From: Nemertoderma westbladi
Taxonomy: Eukaryota; Animalia; Xenacoelomorpha
Assembly (NCBI GenBank): GCA_032718475.1
Contig: JAUCBJ010000717.1
Span: 1-39,746 of the forward strand
Length of the DNA: 39,746 nt
Reading direction: 5' to 3'
Shown here piece by piece: positions 11,801-22,497 of the stretch (positions are counted from its first letter, which is position 1; each line of letters opens with the position of its first letter). Both the position numbers and the translations under genes were made by a program. The notes under the pieces are model-generated. The model saw only the letters and a list, made by a program, of their open reading frames with translations, did no database searches and was not told the origin of the DNA.

Positions 11801-13180
11801 CAAGTAAGAGTGTAGATGGGTGGAATATTATTTAGTACAAGCGAGAGTGTAGATGGGTGGAATATTATTTAGTACAAGTAAGAGTGTAGATGGGTGGAAT
11901 ATTATTTAGTACAAGCGAGAGTGTAGATGGGTGGGATATTATTTAGTACAAGTAAGAGTGTAGATGGGTGGAATATTATTTAGTACAAGCGAGAGTGTAG
12001 ATGGGTGGAATATTATTTAGTACAAGTAAGAGTGTAGATGGGTGGAATATTATTTAGTACAAGCGAGAGTGTAGATGGGTGGAATATTATTTAGTACAAG
12101 CGAGAGTGTAGATGGGTGGAACATTATTTAGTACAAGAGTGTAGATGGGTGGAACATTATTTAGTACAAGCGAGAGTGTAGATGGGTGGAACATTATTTA
12201 GTACAAGAGTGTAGATGGGTGGAATATTATTTAGTACAAGCGAGAGTGTAGATGGGTGGAATATTATTTATTACAAGCGAGAGTGTAGATGGGTGGAATA
12301 TTATTTAGTACAAGCGAGAGTGTAGATGGGTGGAATATTATTTAGTACAAGCGAGAGTGTAGATGGGTGGAATATTATTTAGTACAAGCGAGAGTGTAGA
12401 TGGGTGGAATATTATTTAGTACAAGAGTGTAGATGGGTGGAATATTATTTAGTACAAGCGAGAGTGTAGATGTGTGGAATATTATTTAGTACAAGCGAGA
12501 GTGTAGATGTGTGGAATATTATTTAGTACAAGCGAGAGTGTAGATGGGTGGAATATTATTTAGTACAAGAGTGTAGATGGGTGGAATATTATTTAGTACA
12601 AGCGAGAGTGTAGATGGGTGGAATATTATTTAGTACAAGCGAGAGTGTAGATGTGTGGAATATTATTTAGTACAAGCGAGAGTGTAGATGTGTGGAATAT
12701 TATTTAGTACAAGCGAGAGTGTAGATGGGTGGAACATTATTTAGTACAAGAGTGTAGATGGGTGGAATATTATATAGTACAAGCGAGAGTGTAGATGGGT
12801 GGAATATTATTTAGTACAAGAGTGTAGATGGGTGGAATATTATTTAGTACAAGCGAGAGTGTAGATGGGTGGAATATTATTTAGTACAAGCGAGAGTGTA
12901 GATGGGTGGAATATTATTTAGTACAAGCGAGAGTGTAGATGGGTGGAACATTATTTAGTACAAGAGTGTAGATGGGTGGAATATTATTTAGTACAAGCGA
13001 GAGTGTAGATGGGTGGAATATTATTTAGTACAAGCGAGAGTGTAGATGGGTGGAACATTATTTAGTACAAGAGTGTAGATGGGTGGAATATTATATAGTA
13101 CAAGCGAGAGTGTAGATGGGTGGAATATTATATAGTACAAGCGAGAGTGTAGATGGGTGGAATATTATATAGTACAAGCG
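5864..13180 (+). repeat. Satellite A, 37-bp unit TGGAATATTATTTAGTACAAGCGAGAGTGTAGATGGG with a 33-bp deletion variant and a GTAA variant, roughly 200 units
   Basis: Direct reading of head-to-tail units with no unique spacers. Confidence 0.98.
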
Positions 13181-13207
13181 TAATAATACAAGGGTAATAG
13201 TACAAGG

Positions 13208-13641
13208 GTACTAAATAATATTCCACCCATCTACACTCTCGCTTGTACTAAATAATATTCCACCCATCTACACTCTCGCTTGTACTAAATAATATTCCAC
13301 CCATCTACACTCTCGCTTGTACTAAATAATATTCCACCCATCTACACTCTTATACTAAATAATATCTTGTAATAATACAAGGGTAATAGTACAAGGGTAC
13401 TAAATAATATTCCACCCATCTACACTCTCGCTTGTACTAAATAATATTCCACCCATCTACACTCTCGCTTGTACTAAATAATATTCCACCCATCTACACT
13501 CTCGCTTGTACTAAATAATATTCCACCCATCTACACTCTTATACTAAATAATATTCCACCCATCTACACTCTTGTACTAAATAATATTCCACCCATCTAC
13601 ACTCTTGTACTAAATAATATTCCACCCATCTACACTCTCGC
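13208..13641 (-). repeat. Inverted block of satellite A (about 11 units) containing a 189-bp-period duplication of the inversion junction
   Basis: GTACTAAATAATATTCCACCCATCTACACTCTCGCTT is the reverse complement of the unit. Junction TAATAATACAAGGGTAATAGTACAAGGGTAC occurs at 13181 and 13370. Confidence 0.95.
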
Positions 13642-14357
13642 ACGTGTTATTATTTAATGGTGAACCCAATCCCTTACTGTATCTTGGGGTAGTTCTTAGT
13701 ACTAAAACCGCTCATCGGGACATAATAATCACCTATATAGAAAGGGGCTGCTAACCTGTTCGATTGCTCTCTCTTAAATAATTTACTTTTATATTAATAA
13801 TTTTTATTAAATAAATTGGAGATGAGCTGTTGCAACTGTAATTAAAGGTGATATAATATTATGGGTTTGTTCAGAAGTGGATATATAGTTGTATATTTAT
13901 ATTACTTATTTAATTAGTGACCTATAATTTCGGTTTTAACCACATGTTTTACGGTATACCATATGTTGGTGAAATTAAATTTTATACATAAAAATGTCAC
14001 GTGATATTTCTGAATTTTCGCTCCCGAATTTAAGATTTACTTATGTTCCAGTTTTCCGACAGTATATTTTTTTCGTAAAAAATATATTTCTGCCGCCATC
14101 CAAAGTCCTCTAGTCCAAGTACCTAATTGATAACAATATATTATTCACTTGTACTACAGTGCTCGCTCTGCTAGAATAAAATAACGCCTCGCACTTAAAA
14201 ACACGAAACGCTATTTTCAATAGAAAAAAATATCTACTTCTAAACCCCGACTATATTTATAGTAATTCGACTAATAAATGACCGCCGTGAATAAAGAGTA
14301 AGTAGTAATAATTTGTAAAAAAAATAAGTTCAACCCCATCAATAATAGGCCTACTAT

Positions 14358-14494
14358 CTATACGTAATCCTAGCGTATTTCTGGCGCTGTTCCTATATGT
14401 AATCCTCGCGTATTTCTGGCGCTGTTCCTATATGTAATCCTCGCGTATTTCTGGCGCTGTTCCTATATGTAATCCTCGCGTATTTCTGGCGCTG
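14358..14494 (-). repeat. 35-bp tandem repeat (about 4 copies) of the last codons and stop codon of the FBXW10-like gene
   Basis: CTATATGTAATCCTCGCGTATTTCTGGCGCTGTTC at 14358, 14393, 14428 and 14463. Confidence 0.95.
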
Positions 14495-17400
14495 CGATCT
14501 TCTTTTGGGTTTTAAGAATCGCGTTGCCTTGAGCGAGAGCCAACCAGGACACCCGTTGCCTAGCAGCCTGCGCCTCCTCCTTACCACGCAGGTACAGGCG
14601 GTAACCATGGCGATGGGAGACGCCGATACGGTTATCTTCCTGGTGGGTTCGCAATGTGAGCCGAGTGTGAGCGCCGAACGGGTCCCTAGAGGGCGCCACT
14701 ACAGGTGTCTCGTGTCGGGACGGGGTCTTCCCGCTATAGGAACCGTCGTCTGCGACCCGCGGGGATATTAAAACCTTAACTGGTCGGATACGGTGTTTAG
14801 ATGTGAGTCGCGGAGTTTTAGTAACTTTTTGAGCTTCTCGGGAAGTTTCTGTGGGTTTGATTACCGTGGGCGTTGGGATGGTACTGTAAATCCGGGCGGG
14901 GTGCAGCGGAACTGGCGGCACAATCTCGGCCTTGGTTACCGTATAAGGGGTTACTATTTGTAGAGGGAGGGGGACCTCAGTCACAGAGTCTGTGGTCATG
15001 GCGACGCGAGAGGACCAAGGACGCCATCTAGTGGGCGACGTTTTCGTTCGTGGTAGTTCGGGTTTCGCTACGGAAGATGATGGTGGGATGCCTGCGTTAA
15101 TGCACGTATTAATCGCGGTCTCCCCATTGGCCATCGTCATGGAGATGGTGCTCATACCCAGGTACATTTTGTCGGAGGATGGTGGCTCACGTTTTTTCGC
15201 TTGGCTTCTCAATAAGTATTTGGCTTCCGATAGACTTAAATTGTTGATTTTATCGTTACTCATATCGTGATCCACGTTTACACCGGTAGAGGGCGCCAAG
15301 GCGCTGTGAACCCTTGTAGTAGAGACGACCGATCGAGATAAACCTGTGTTATGTCGCCCTTCAGCGGACGAGCGAGATATTGCCGTGTTATGTCTCCCCG
15401 CAGCTGTATGAGGCCGCGATCCTGCCACTGGTGCGGCCCTGGAGAGCCCGGTGGCTGGTCTGGTGGGGCCGGCCCTGGAGAGCCCGGTGGCTGGTCTGGT
15501 GGAGCCGGCCCTGGAGAGCCCGGTGGCTGGTCTGGGGAACCCGGCCCTGGGCCCGGCTGTGCTCGGTCTCGAGACTGCGGCTGCCCTCTCGGCACTCCAA
15601 CCCAACTCCTCTAACTCCGGACAGACAGAGTCCCCGACCCCATCCGGCCTCCGGACAGCCGTCATGCTGAAGAACGTACCAGAGGTGGAGGGCCGGAGGG
15701 AGTTAACCATTGGGATGCTCTGTATCCTCTTTGCCTCGGCCACACTGGATAGACCTAACCGCTGGGCGCTGTGTATGAATCGCTCTCCATCCGCTCGGTC
15801 TCCAGCCTGTATCTCGTACCCAACAACCCGACTATCCGCCGACCCAGTTATTGTTGCTCTATTGGCTCGCACCACAGCGTAATCCCGTTTAGTTAATTCG
15901 GCATCGCTGTAACCAATAACTTTTTTCGCGAGATCCACACTGTCATCCTCCAGCGTGTAATCCCATTCGACCTCTTCGAATTTAAACAATATTATATTCG
16001 ATAGAGTGTTGATGACAACATGGTTGCCTGCCACGCTCATGTGGTAGATGGGATCACTTCGACTGTTGCCACGCAACAGACGTAAACACTCACCGGTAAG
16101 GACATTCCATATGCGGAGTTTGCCATCCTCGCATCCTGTAAACACTCGCAAAAAGGAGAGGAACAGGCAATGCACTGGCCCGGGGTGTCTCAATGCACCG
16201 AGACAACGTTGGTGACGACCAACCATAGACCAGACGAGACAGTAACCGTCCCAACCGCCAGAAACCAAGTGCCATCGGTCGAAACAGAGGGAGACCACAG
16301 CCCCTTGGTGGCCATCCAGACGCTTTACTAGAACTCCACCATCCTCAGAAAGACTCCAAACCTTGAGTTTTCCACCTTCGTCTCCTCCACACACCAAATT
16401 ATTATCCAATTGGATGCAAAGAACCGGGTAGTGATGTTTCATACTGAAGAGACACTTTCCCGTCTCGATCTCCCATATTTTTACCTTTTTGTCTCGAGAT
16501 CCAGATGCGAGCAGCCTGCCGTCGGGGGACCGAGCGGCGCATGTCACAGTGTCCTGGTGACCGCGGAATATCCGCAAACAGAAGCCGTCCTCGAGGCGCC
16601 ACATCCTCAGACTCGTGTCGTAACTCGCACTGAACACTACCCCGTCCGACTCGCAGACCAGCAGCCCCTGGATGGACCCCGCGTGGCCGTGGATCGGCCG
16701 CGGCCGCTGGTGGCCGTTGTCAATGGCGACCAATCGGATGCGTCGGTCGTGCGTCGCCCAGGTGACCAACTCGCCCCCCGTGTAGCTAATCACGCGGTTT
16801 GCGTCCTCGTTGCTAAGCAATATCATAGTGTTGTAGGCACCACAGTAAACGTTGCGCTCTTCCATGTAAACGTTCCTCGTCTCGACGCCGAAGTAGGACG
16901 ACTTGTGGTTGACGTCGGCAGTGTTCCGGAGATCCTGAGCGGCGGGTTGGATCCCAGGTACTCGGACCACCTCCCAGCCGTCGCCCTCTAGCTGGGGCAC
17001 TGCCACCGCCACGTACTTTGCGTAGACCGGATTGCACCCCTTAGCGGAGCTGCCCTGCAGCACCAAGACCTGATCCGCTAGACTGCGGTGGATCTGCACC
17101 TCGCTTAGCACTTGTTGCGCCAACGGTCGCCACACGTGGTTGACACACACGCAGTTGTTTAAACTCTGCTTCCCCACATAACTTAGTATAAGTTTGGATA
17201 TATGTACAGGGAGATCACTAATAAAGTCTTTGTACCTAGACACCCCCGAATAAGCGGTTTTGGAGGTCGGCAATATACTCAAGGTTGGGTCCACATCTTC
17301 TACCTCACTCGACTCAACTACTTTCTTGCCAACGTTTTTCTTTGTTCTCTCCAGCGTCACAATAACAGTTTGTTCTGCAGCAGCCACTAGTCGGCGCTCT

Positions 17401-18077
17401 CGACGAGCCAATGGGTGGCTGGCTTTAATCGGGCCCCACTGATTGGCTCCTTTTGTTTCGGCTAGGAAAGCTATATCCGGGTTGCTATCAGTGTGGAAAC
17501 TATCGACTGATAAACTACGCTCTAAACTACCACCAGATAGCGTATCTTCATCAAACGAGTTGGGTTCCTCTAACTTTGTACGAAGTCGGATAGTTTTCAA
17601 CTGCTGCATGAATGAGTAGAGACATGATATGGGGCAGAGAGCAGCCACCGCTAGTACGAAGTTTGATTTGGACCAATAGTTGGCGCGGGAGAACCAGTTA
17701 GTCGCTTCCCGCATGGCGCGGTTCACCGCAGGTCGTAGTCGCAACCCATCCTGGCCGATGGACGTAGCATCCCCATTGCAACTGGGATGCACCCTCATGC
17801 GCGCGTAGGTGTAGTCCTTGGCGGCAACGGAGGACTGCATCACGCCCAGGATGTACTGCAGCAGCTCGTAGCTTAGCAACCGACTGGACAGTTGGATGAG
17901 GAATCGCAGTTGGGTTTTGGATCCGGCCTTGGGGACCCATTGCTTGGCGTGGGCCACTTGCGACGACAACTCGCACGCCTCACATCTGCCGCAATTACGT
18001 GTTGAGCAGTGGAGGGAAGAGACGCGAGATAGATCGAACTGGAATATTTCCGAATTCTCTGGCGATTTATATCGCAT
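14463..18077 (-). CDS. FBXW10: F-box/WD40-repeat protein 10 / CDRT1-like, 1204 aa, uninterrupted CDS
   Basis: N-terminal CGRCEAC. F-box YKDFISDLPVHISKLILSY..SLNNCVCVNHVW..LAQQV. Family motif MEERNVYCGAYN. Several GH..WD-type repeats (GHAGSI..SASYDTSLRMW; GHQDTV..SGSRDKKVKIWE; GHQGAV..SGGWDG). Then GNSRSDPI and a long disordered tail. Orthology is recalled from motifs, not searched. Confidence 0.85.
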   Translation of the reverse strand: MRYKSPENSEIFQFDLSRVSSLHCSTRNCGRCEACELSSQVAHAKQWVPKAGSKTQLRFLIQLSSRLLSYELLQYILGVMQSSVAAKDYTYARMRVHPSCNGDATSIGQDGLRLRPAVNRAMREATNWFSRANYWSKSNFVLAVAALCPISCLYSFMQQLKTIRLRTKLEEPNSFDEDTLSGGSLERSLSVDSFHTDSNPDIAFLAETKGANQWGPIKASHPLARRERRLVAAAEQTVIVTLERTKKNVGKKVVESSEVEDVDPTLSILPTSKTAYSGVSRYKDFISDLPVHISKLILSYVGKQSLNNCVCVNHVWRPLAQQVLSEVQIHRSLADQVLVLQGSSAKGCNPVYAKYVAVAVPQLEGDGWEVVRVPGIQPAAQDLRNTADVNHKSSYFGVETRNVYMEERNVYCGAYNTMILLSNEDANRVISYTGGELVTWATHDRRIRLVAIDNGHQRPRPIHGHAGSIQGLLVCESDGVVFSASYDTSLRMWRLEDGFCLRIFRGHQDTVTCAARSPDGRLLASGSRDKKVKIWEIETGKCLFSMKHHYPVLCIQLDNNLVCGGDEGGKLKVWSLSEDGGVLVKRLDGHQGAVVSLCFDRWHLVSGGWDGYCLVWSMVGRHQRCLGALRHPGPVHCLFLSFLRVFTGCEDGKLRIWNVLTGECLRLLRGNSRSDPIYHMSVAGNHVVINTLSNIILFKFEEVEWDYTLEDDSVDLAKKVIGYSDAELTKRDYAVVRANRATITGSADSRVVGYEIQAGDRADGERFIHSAQRLGLSSVAEAKRIQSIPMVNSLRPSTSGTFFSMTAVRRPDGVGDSVCPELEELGWSAERAAAVSRPSTAGPRAGFPRPATGLSRAGSTRPATGLSRAGPTRPATGLSRAAPVAGSRPHTAAGRHNTAISRSSAEGRHNTGLSRSVVSTTRVHSALAPSTGVNVDHDMSNDKINNLSLSEAKYLLRSQAKKREPPSSDKMYLGMSTISMTMANGETAINTCINAGIPPSSSVAKPELPRTKTSPTRWRPWSSRVAMTTDSVTEVPLPLQIVTPYTVTKAEIVPPVPLHPARIYSTIPTPTVIKPTETSREAQKVTKTPRLTSKHRIRPVKVLISPRVADDGSYSGKTPSRHETPVVAPSRDPFGAHTRLTLRTHQEDNRIGVSHRHGYRLYLRGKEEAQAARQRVSWLALAQGNAILKTQKKIAAPEIREDYI
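15435..15550 (-). repeat. Coding minisatellite, 33-bp unit x about 3.5 (RPATGLSRAGS) in the FBXW10-like tail
   Basis: GGCCCTGGAGAGCCCGGTGGCTGGTCT repeated in frame. Confidence 0.9.
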
Positions 18078-18546
18078 AGTTAGTTAGTTATTAATTGATA
18101 ATTTCCTGAATATTATTTAATTTAATACTAAAAAATCACATTAAAAAATGTAGATAATTGTGAATAAATGTCAGATACAATAAATATTGAGTTGGTTGTG
18201 ATTGTGAAATGTTATTAACAATAATGATGGAGTTACTTTTAATAAAATCGTCCGAAATCAATATATTATATTAGTTTGCAAACTTCCGCAGGTAAAACTA
18301 ATGGTGGAAGAAACTAGCAATCAAATTCATTAGTATTGTATGCATTCAATGCGACCGAGTAATTAGTGTATCCCGTTACTATAACTACGGATATTGAGGT
18401 ATGCATGTGCCAAGGGTTGGTGGACCTGTTGTCAATTTGTAGTTCTTTATGTTTTTAATGTGTTAAGGATAGTCGATAATATATGCTGTGATACTTCAAA
18501 TACAGGCAATTAAGTAATATGGGGCGTGTTAGAGCGTACAGTTATA

Positions 18547-18560
18547 ATTACTATGGCGAC
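18547..18560. promoter_or_regulatory. Possible RFX X-box upstream of the FBXW10-like gene
   Basis: ATTACTATGGCGAC is one mismatch from GTTRCYATGGYRAC, about 470 bp upstream of the ATG. Single motif only. Confidence 0.3.
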
Positions 18561-18576
18561 CAACCAACCCAGGATA

Positions 18577-18748
18577 TTGCGTACTATCCACCTGGACTAA
18601 CCTTTATCTTGACTATTAACATCAGCACCAGCTTGCGTACTATCCACCTGGACTAACCTTTATCTTGACTATTAACATCAGCACCAGCTTGTGTACTATC
18701 CACCTGGACTAACCTTTATCTTGACTATTAACATCAGCACCAGCTTGT
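18577..18748. repeat. 56-bp tandem repeat x3
   Basis: GTACTATCCACCTGGACTAACCTTTATCTTGACTATTAACATCAGCACCAGCTTG at 18581, 18637 and 18693. Confidence 0.95.
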
Positions 18749-18871
18749 GGTAAACACTCGACAATCTCGTAATTATTGCATCCCGCCGCTAGGTGGAGCG
18801 GCGTAGAATTACGGCCCTGGCCGTCTCTACAGTTAATGTTCTCCGGAGTTACCAGTTTCATAACGCGAGCG

Positions 18872-19882
18872 GGGGATCCCTAGATAAGGGATCCATAGAT
18901 AAGGGATCCCTAGATAAGGGATCCCTAGATAAGGGATCCCTAGATAAGGGATCCCTAGATAAGGGATCCATAGATAAGGGATCCCTAGATAAGGGATCCA
19001 TAGATAAGGGATCCCTAGATAAGGGATCCCTAGATAAGGGATCCCTTATTAAGGGATCCCTAGATAAGGGATCCCTAGATAAGGGATCCCTAGATAAGGG
19101 ATCCCTAGATAAGGGATCCCTAGATAAGGGATCCATAGATAAGGGATCCCTAGATAAGGGATCCCTAGATAAGGGATCCCTAGATAAGTGATCCCTAGAT
19201 AAGGGATCCCTAGATAAGGGATCCCTAGATAAGGGATCCCTAGATAAGGGATCCCTAGATAAGGGATCCATAGATAAGGGATCCCTAGATAAGGGATCCC
19301 TAGATAAGGGATCCCTAGATAAGGGATCCCTAGATAAGGGATCCCTAGATAAGGGATCCATAGATAAGGGATCCCTAGATAAGGGATCCCTAGATAAGGG
19401 ATCCATAGATAAGGGATCCCTAGATAAGTGATCCCTAGATAAGGGATCCCTAGATAAGGGATCCCTAAATAAGGGATCCCTAGATAAGGGATCCCTATAG
19501 ATAAGGGATCCCTAGATAAGGGATCCATAGATAAGGGATCCCTAGATAAGGGATCCATAGATAAGGGATCCCTAGATAAGTGATCCCTAGATAAGGGATC
19601 CCTAGATAAGGGATCCCTAGATAAGGGATCCCTAGATAAGGGATCCATAGATAAGGGATCCCTAGATAAGGGATCCCTAGATAAGGGATCCATAGATAAG
19701 GGATCCCTAGATAAGTGATCCCTAGATAAGGGATCCCTAGATAAGGGATCCCTAAATAAGGGATCCCTAGATAAGGGATCCCTATAGATAAGGGATCCCT
19801 AGATAAGGGATCCATAGATAAGGGATCCCTAGATAAGGGATCCCTAGATAAGGGATCCCTAGATAAGGGATCCCTAGATAAG
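18872..19882. repeat. Satellite B, 15-bp unit AGGGATCCCTAGATA (about 67 units) with a palindromic core
   Basis: Direct reading; AGGGATCCCT is self-complementary. Variants CCATAG and AGTGAT, and a 287-bp internal duplication (markers at 19463 and 19750). Confidence 0.97.
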
Positions 19883-19976
19883 TAAACAATAAAGTCATAC
19901 CTAATACAATCCTTAAAACAATTATATTTAATAATGACTATACAATATTGGAGTGAAGGCTTGAGAAACAGTCAGA

Positions 19977-22497
19977 TTACACTAGGATCGGCATGCTGCA
20001 TTGCAGCTGCATTTTTAAGAATGCTGTGCCGGCTTGTCGACAAAATTGCGCCGCCACAACTCCCTATCACCCATGACATTTGCTAGATCATCCGCATCTT
20101 TAAGGCCAGTGTCCTTTAAGATGCGTCTCAAGAAAGTCATGGGCTGTCCACCATGCTTATTCACTCCATGAGGCTGCCAAAGTACAAGATTATGCACTGG
20201 CTGGTCCTCACAGCGAAAGCAATGTCCTGCAAAGCGGAGGCGATTTTGTTCTAGTGTCAAGCTTGGGGGAACCAATGAGACACCTCCAATGTTATATAGT
20301 GTCTGGTTGGAGATGTGTGCATTGTACTTGACACAATGAACCCGGCGTAGCATTCTTGTGAATGTGCCACCCAGAGATTTGGTGTCCTCAGCAGTTAGAG
20401 CCCAGCATGGACTACCATAGAGGAGTACTGGAACTACTGCTGCTCTAAATAATCGGACCTTAAGTTTCCGATTAATTCTCGGTGACTTCCAAATCCTGGA
20501 AAGCCTATTCAAGGCTGCCCATGCCTTTCCCTTACGTATTCGAAGGTCCTCACCCGACTTCCGGATCCATGATCCCAGGTAACAGAAGTCGTCCACATGC
20601 TCAAGCATACCATCTTTTGAGCTTATGCTCATCCGGTCAGAGACTTGCTGAGGACTTTCAAAGTTAACTGTCAAAATTTTGGACTTTCTGGAGTTAATAA
20701 AAAGACCAACACTCGAAGCTGAGAAGACGTTGGGCTCCCTCTAGTGATTCTGAGGGGTAATGGTGAAAAATATCGAGACATGAAAAATATCGAGAGTAAA
20801 AATAACGAGAGTAAAAATATCGAGAGTAAAAATAACGAGTGTTGATAATTAACGTGATTAAAAATATCGAGAGTAAAAATAACGAGAGATGAAAAATATC
20901 GAAAATAACGAGTGTTGAAAAATATCGAGAGTAAAAATATCGAGTGTTGAAAAATATCGAGAGTAAAAATATCGAGTGTTGAAAAATATCGAGAGTAAAA
21001 ATATCGAGTGTTGAAAAATATCGAGAGTTAAAATATCGAGTGTTGAAAAATATCGAGAATAAAAATATCGAGTGTTGAAAAATATCGAGAATAAAAATAT
21101 CGAGTGTTGAAAAATATCGAGAATAAAAATATCGAGAGTAAAAATATCGAGTGTTGAAAAATATCGAGTGTTGAAAAATATCGAGAGTAAAAATATCGAG
21201 TGTTGAAAAATATCGAGAGTAAAAATATCGAGTGTTGAAAAATATCGAGTGTTGAAAAATATCGAGAGTAAAAATATCGAGTGTTGAAAAATATCGAGAG
21301 TAAAAATATCGAGTGTTGAAAAATATCGAGAGTAAATATATCGAGTGCTGAAAAATATCGAGTGTTGAAAAATATCGAGAGTAAAAATAACGAGTGTTGA
21401 AAATAGCGAGAGTAAAAATATTGAGTGTTGAAAAATATCGAGAGTAGAAATATCGAGTGTTGAAAAATATCGAGAGTAAAAATATCGAGAGTAAAAATAT
21501 CGAGTGTTGAAAAATATCGAGAGTAAAAATATCGAGTGTTGAAAAATATCGAGAGTAAAAATATCGAGTGTTGAAAAATATCGAGAGTAAAATATCGAGT
21601 GTTGAAAAATATCGAGAGTAAAAATATCGAGTGTTGAAAAATATCGAGAGTAAAAATATCGAGTGTTGAAAAATATCGAGAGTAAAAATATCGAGTGTTG
21701 AAAAATATCGAGAGTAAAAATAACGAGAGTAAAAATATCGAGAGTAAAAATATTGCATTTTGCTAGAGCATTTTATTTAGAATTATGGAACAATATTGCA
21801 GTGCATGGGTTACAACAGTGCAAGTGAATGGCATTAATACACCTTGGGTACCCATTTACCAGATTTATTATACTAGCTAGTTTTTGCTATTTTTTTAATA
21901 AATATTATAAAAGAAGTGCTAGCTATAAATTTTGATAAATATTATAAATATTGTTAATTATTATATTAGAACACGTACTGTATAAGCTACCAAATGTTGA
22001 TAAATATTGTTGTTCTAGAACATTTTTAGGAACAAAAATTATCACACAACCCTAATTTAAAAAAATTGTTACAATCGATATTTTTACTCTCGATATTTTT
22101 CAACACTCGATATTTTTACTCTCGATATTTTTCAAAACTCGATATTTTTACTCTCGATATTTTTACTCTCGATATTTTTTGAACTCTCGATATTATCGTT
22201 ATTTTTCAACACTCGATGTTTTTACTCGCGTTATTTTTACTCTCGATATTTTTCATGTCTCGATATTTTTCAATATAACCTTCTGAGGGTACTCCTACAT
22301 CATCAGCAAAGTCTAAATCAGTTAGGTACTTGGCAGGATTTCCTCGACTTCTGGAGCCAGTAGGTGGAGTTATCATCACCCCATCATCATTATGATGATC
22401 TAAGGACGTGCGTAGAATATAGTCAACCACAATTATGAACAAGAATGGTGCAAGTGTGTCTCCTTGGAGGACGCCCCATAACACTTCAAATGGTTCT
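19977..22497 (-). mobile_element. RTE-clade LINE, 3' fragment (copy 1), interrupted by a foldback element and cut off by satellite C
   Basis: GVLQGDTLAPFLF, LDFADD, FCYLGS, LLYGSPCWALT and RLRFAGHC motifs. Nearly identical to 37690..38703. Carries a roughly 17-nt deletion near 20718. Confidence 0.92.
20756..22280. mobile_element. Non-autonomous foldback-type DNA transposon (1525 bp) with TIRs built of tandem repeats, 8-bp TSD TTCTGAGG
   Basis: TSD at 20748-20755 and 22281-22288; the site is single in RTE copy 2. Termini are GGTAATGGTGAAAAATATCGAGACATG and the reverse complement of GGTTATATTGAAAAATATCGAGACATG. Arms consist of AAAAATATCGAGAGT / AAAAATATCGAGTGTTG units; AT-rich spacer about 21760-22075. 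Confidence 0.9.

Noticed and set aside
5864-13641. 37-bp repeats as a CRISPR array
   Set aside because: No unique spacers, no cas genes, eukaryotic context.
5820-13680. Satellite A as a bona fide transposon feature
   Set aside because: No matching outer termini or TSD found; kept only as a hypothesis.
14505-18087. Short overlapping or antisense ORFs within the FBXW10-like CDS (likewise 32703-34946 and 24-5764)
   Set aside because: Shadow ORFs of real coding sequence with no recognisable motifs.
18793-19815. DKGSL / RDPLS / GIPYL pentapeptide ORFs
   Set aside because: Translation of the 15-bp satellite; frames shift at 2-nt insertions.
20694-21758. 354-aa ORF as a transposase
   Set aside because: Low-complexity translation of the foldback arm with no DDE motifs.
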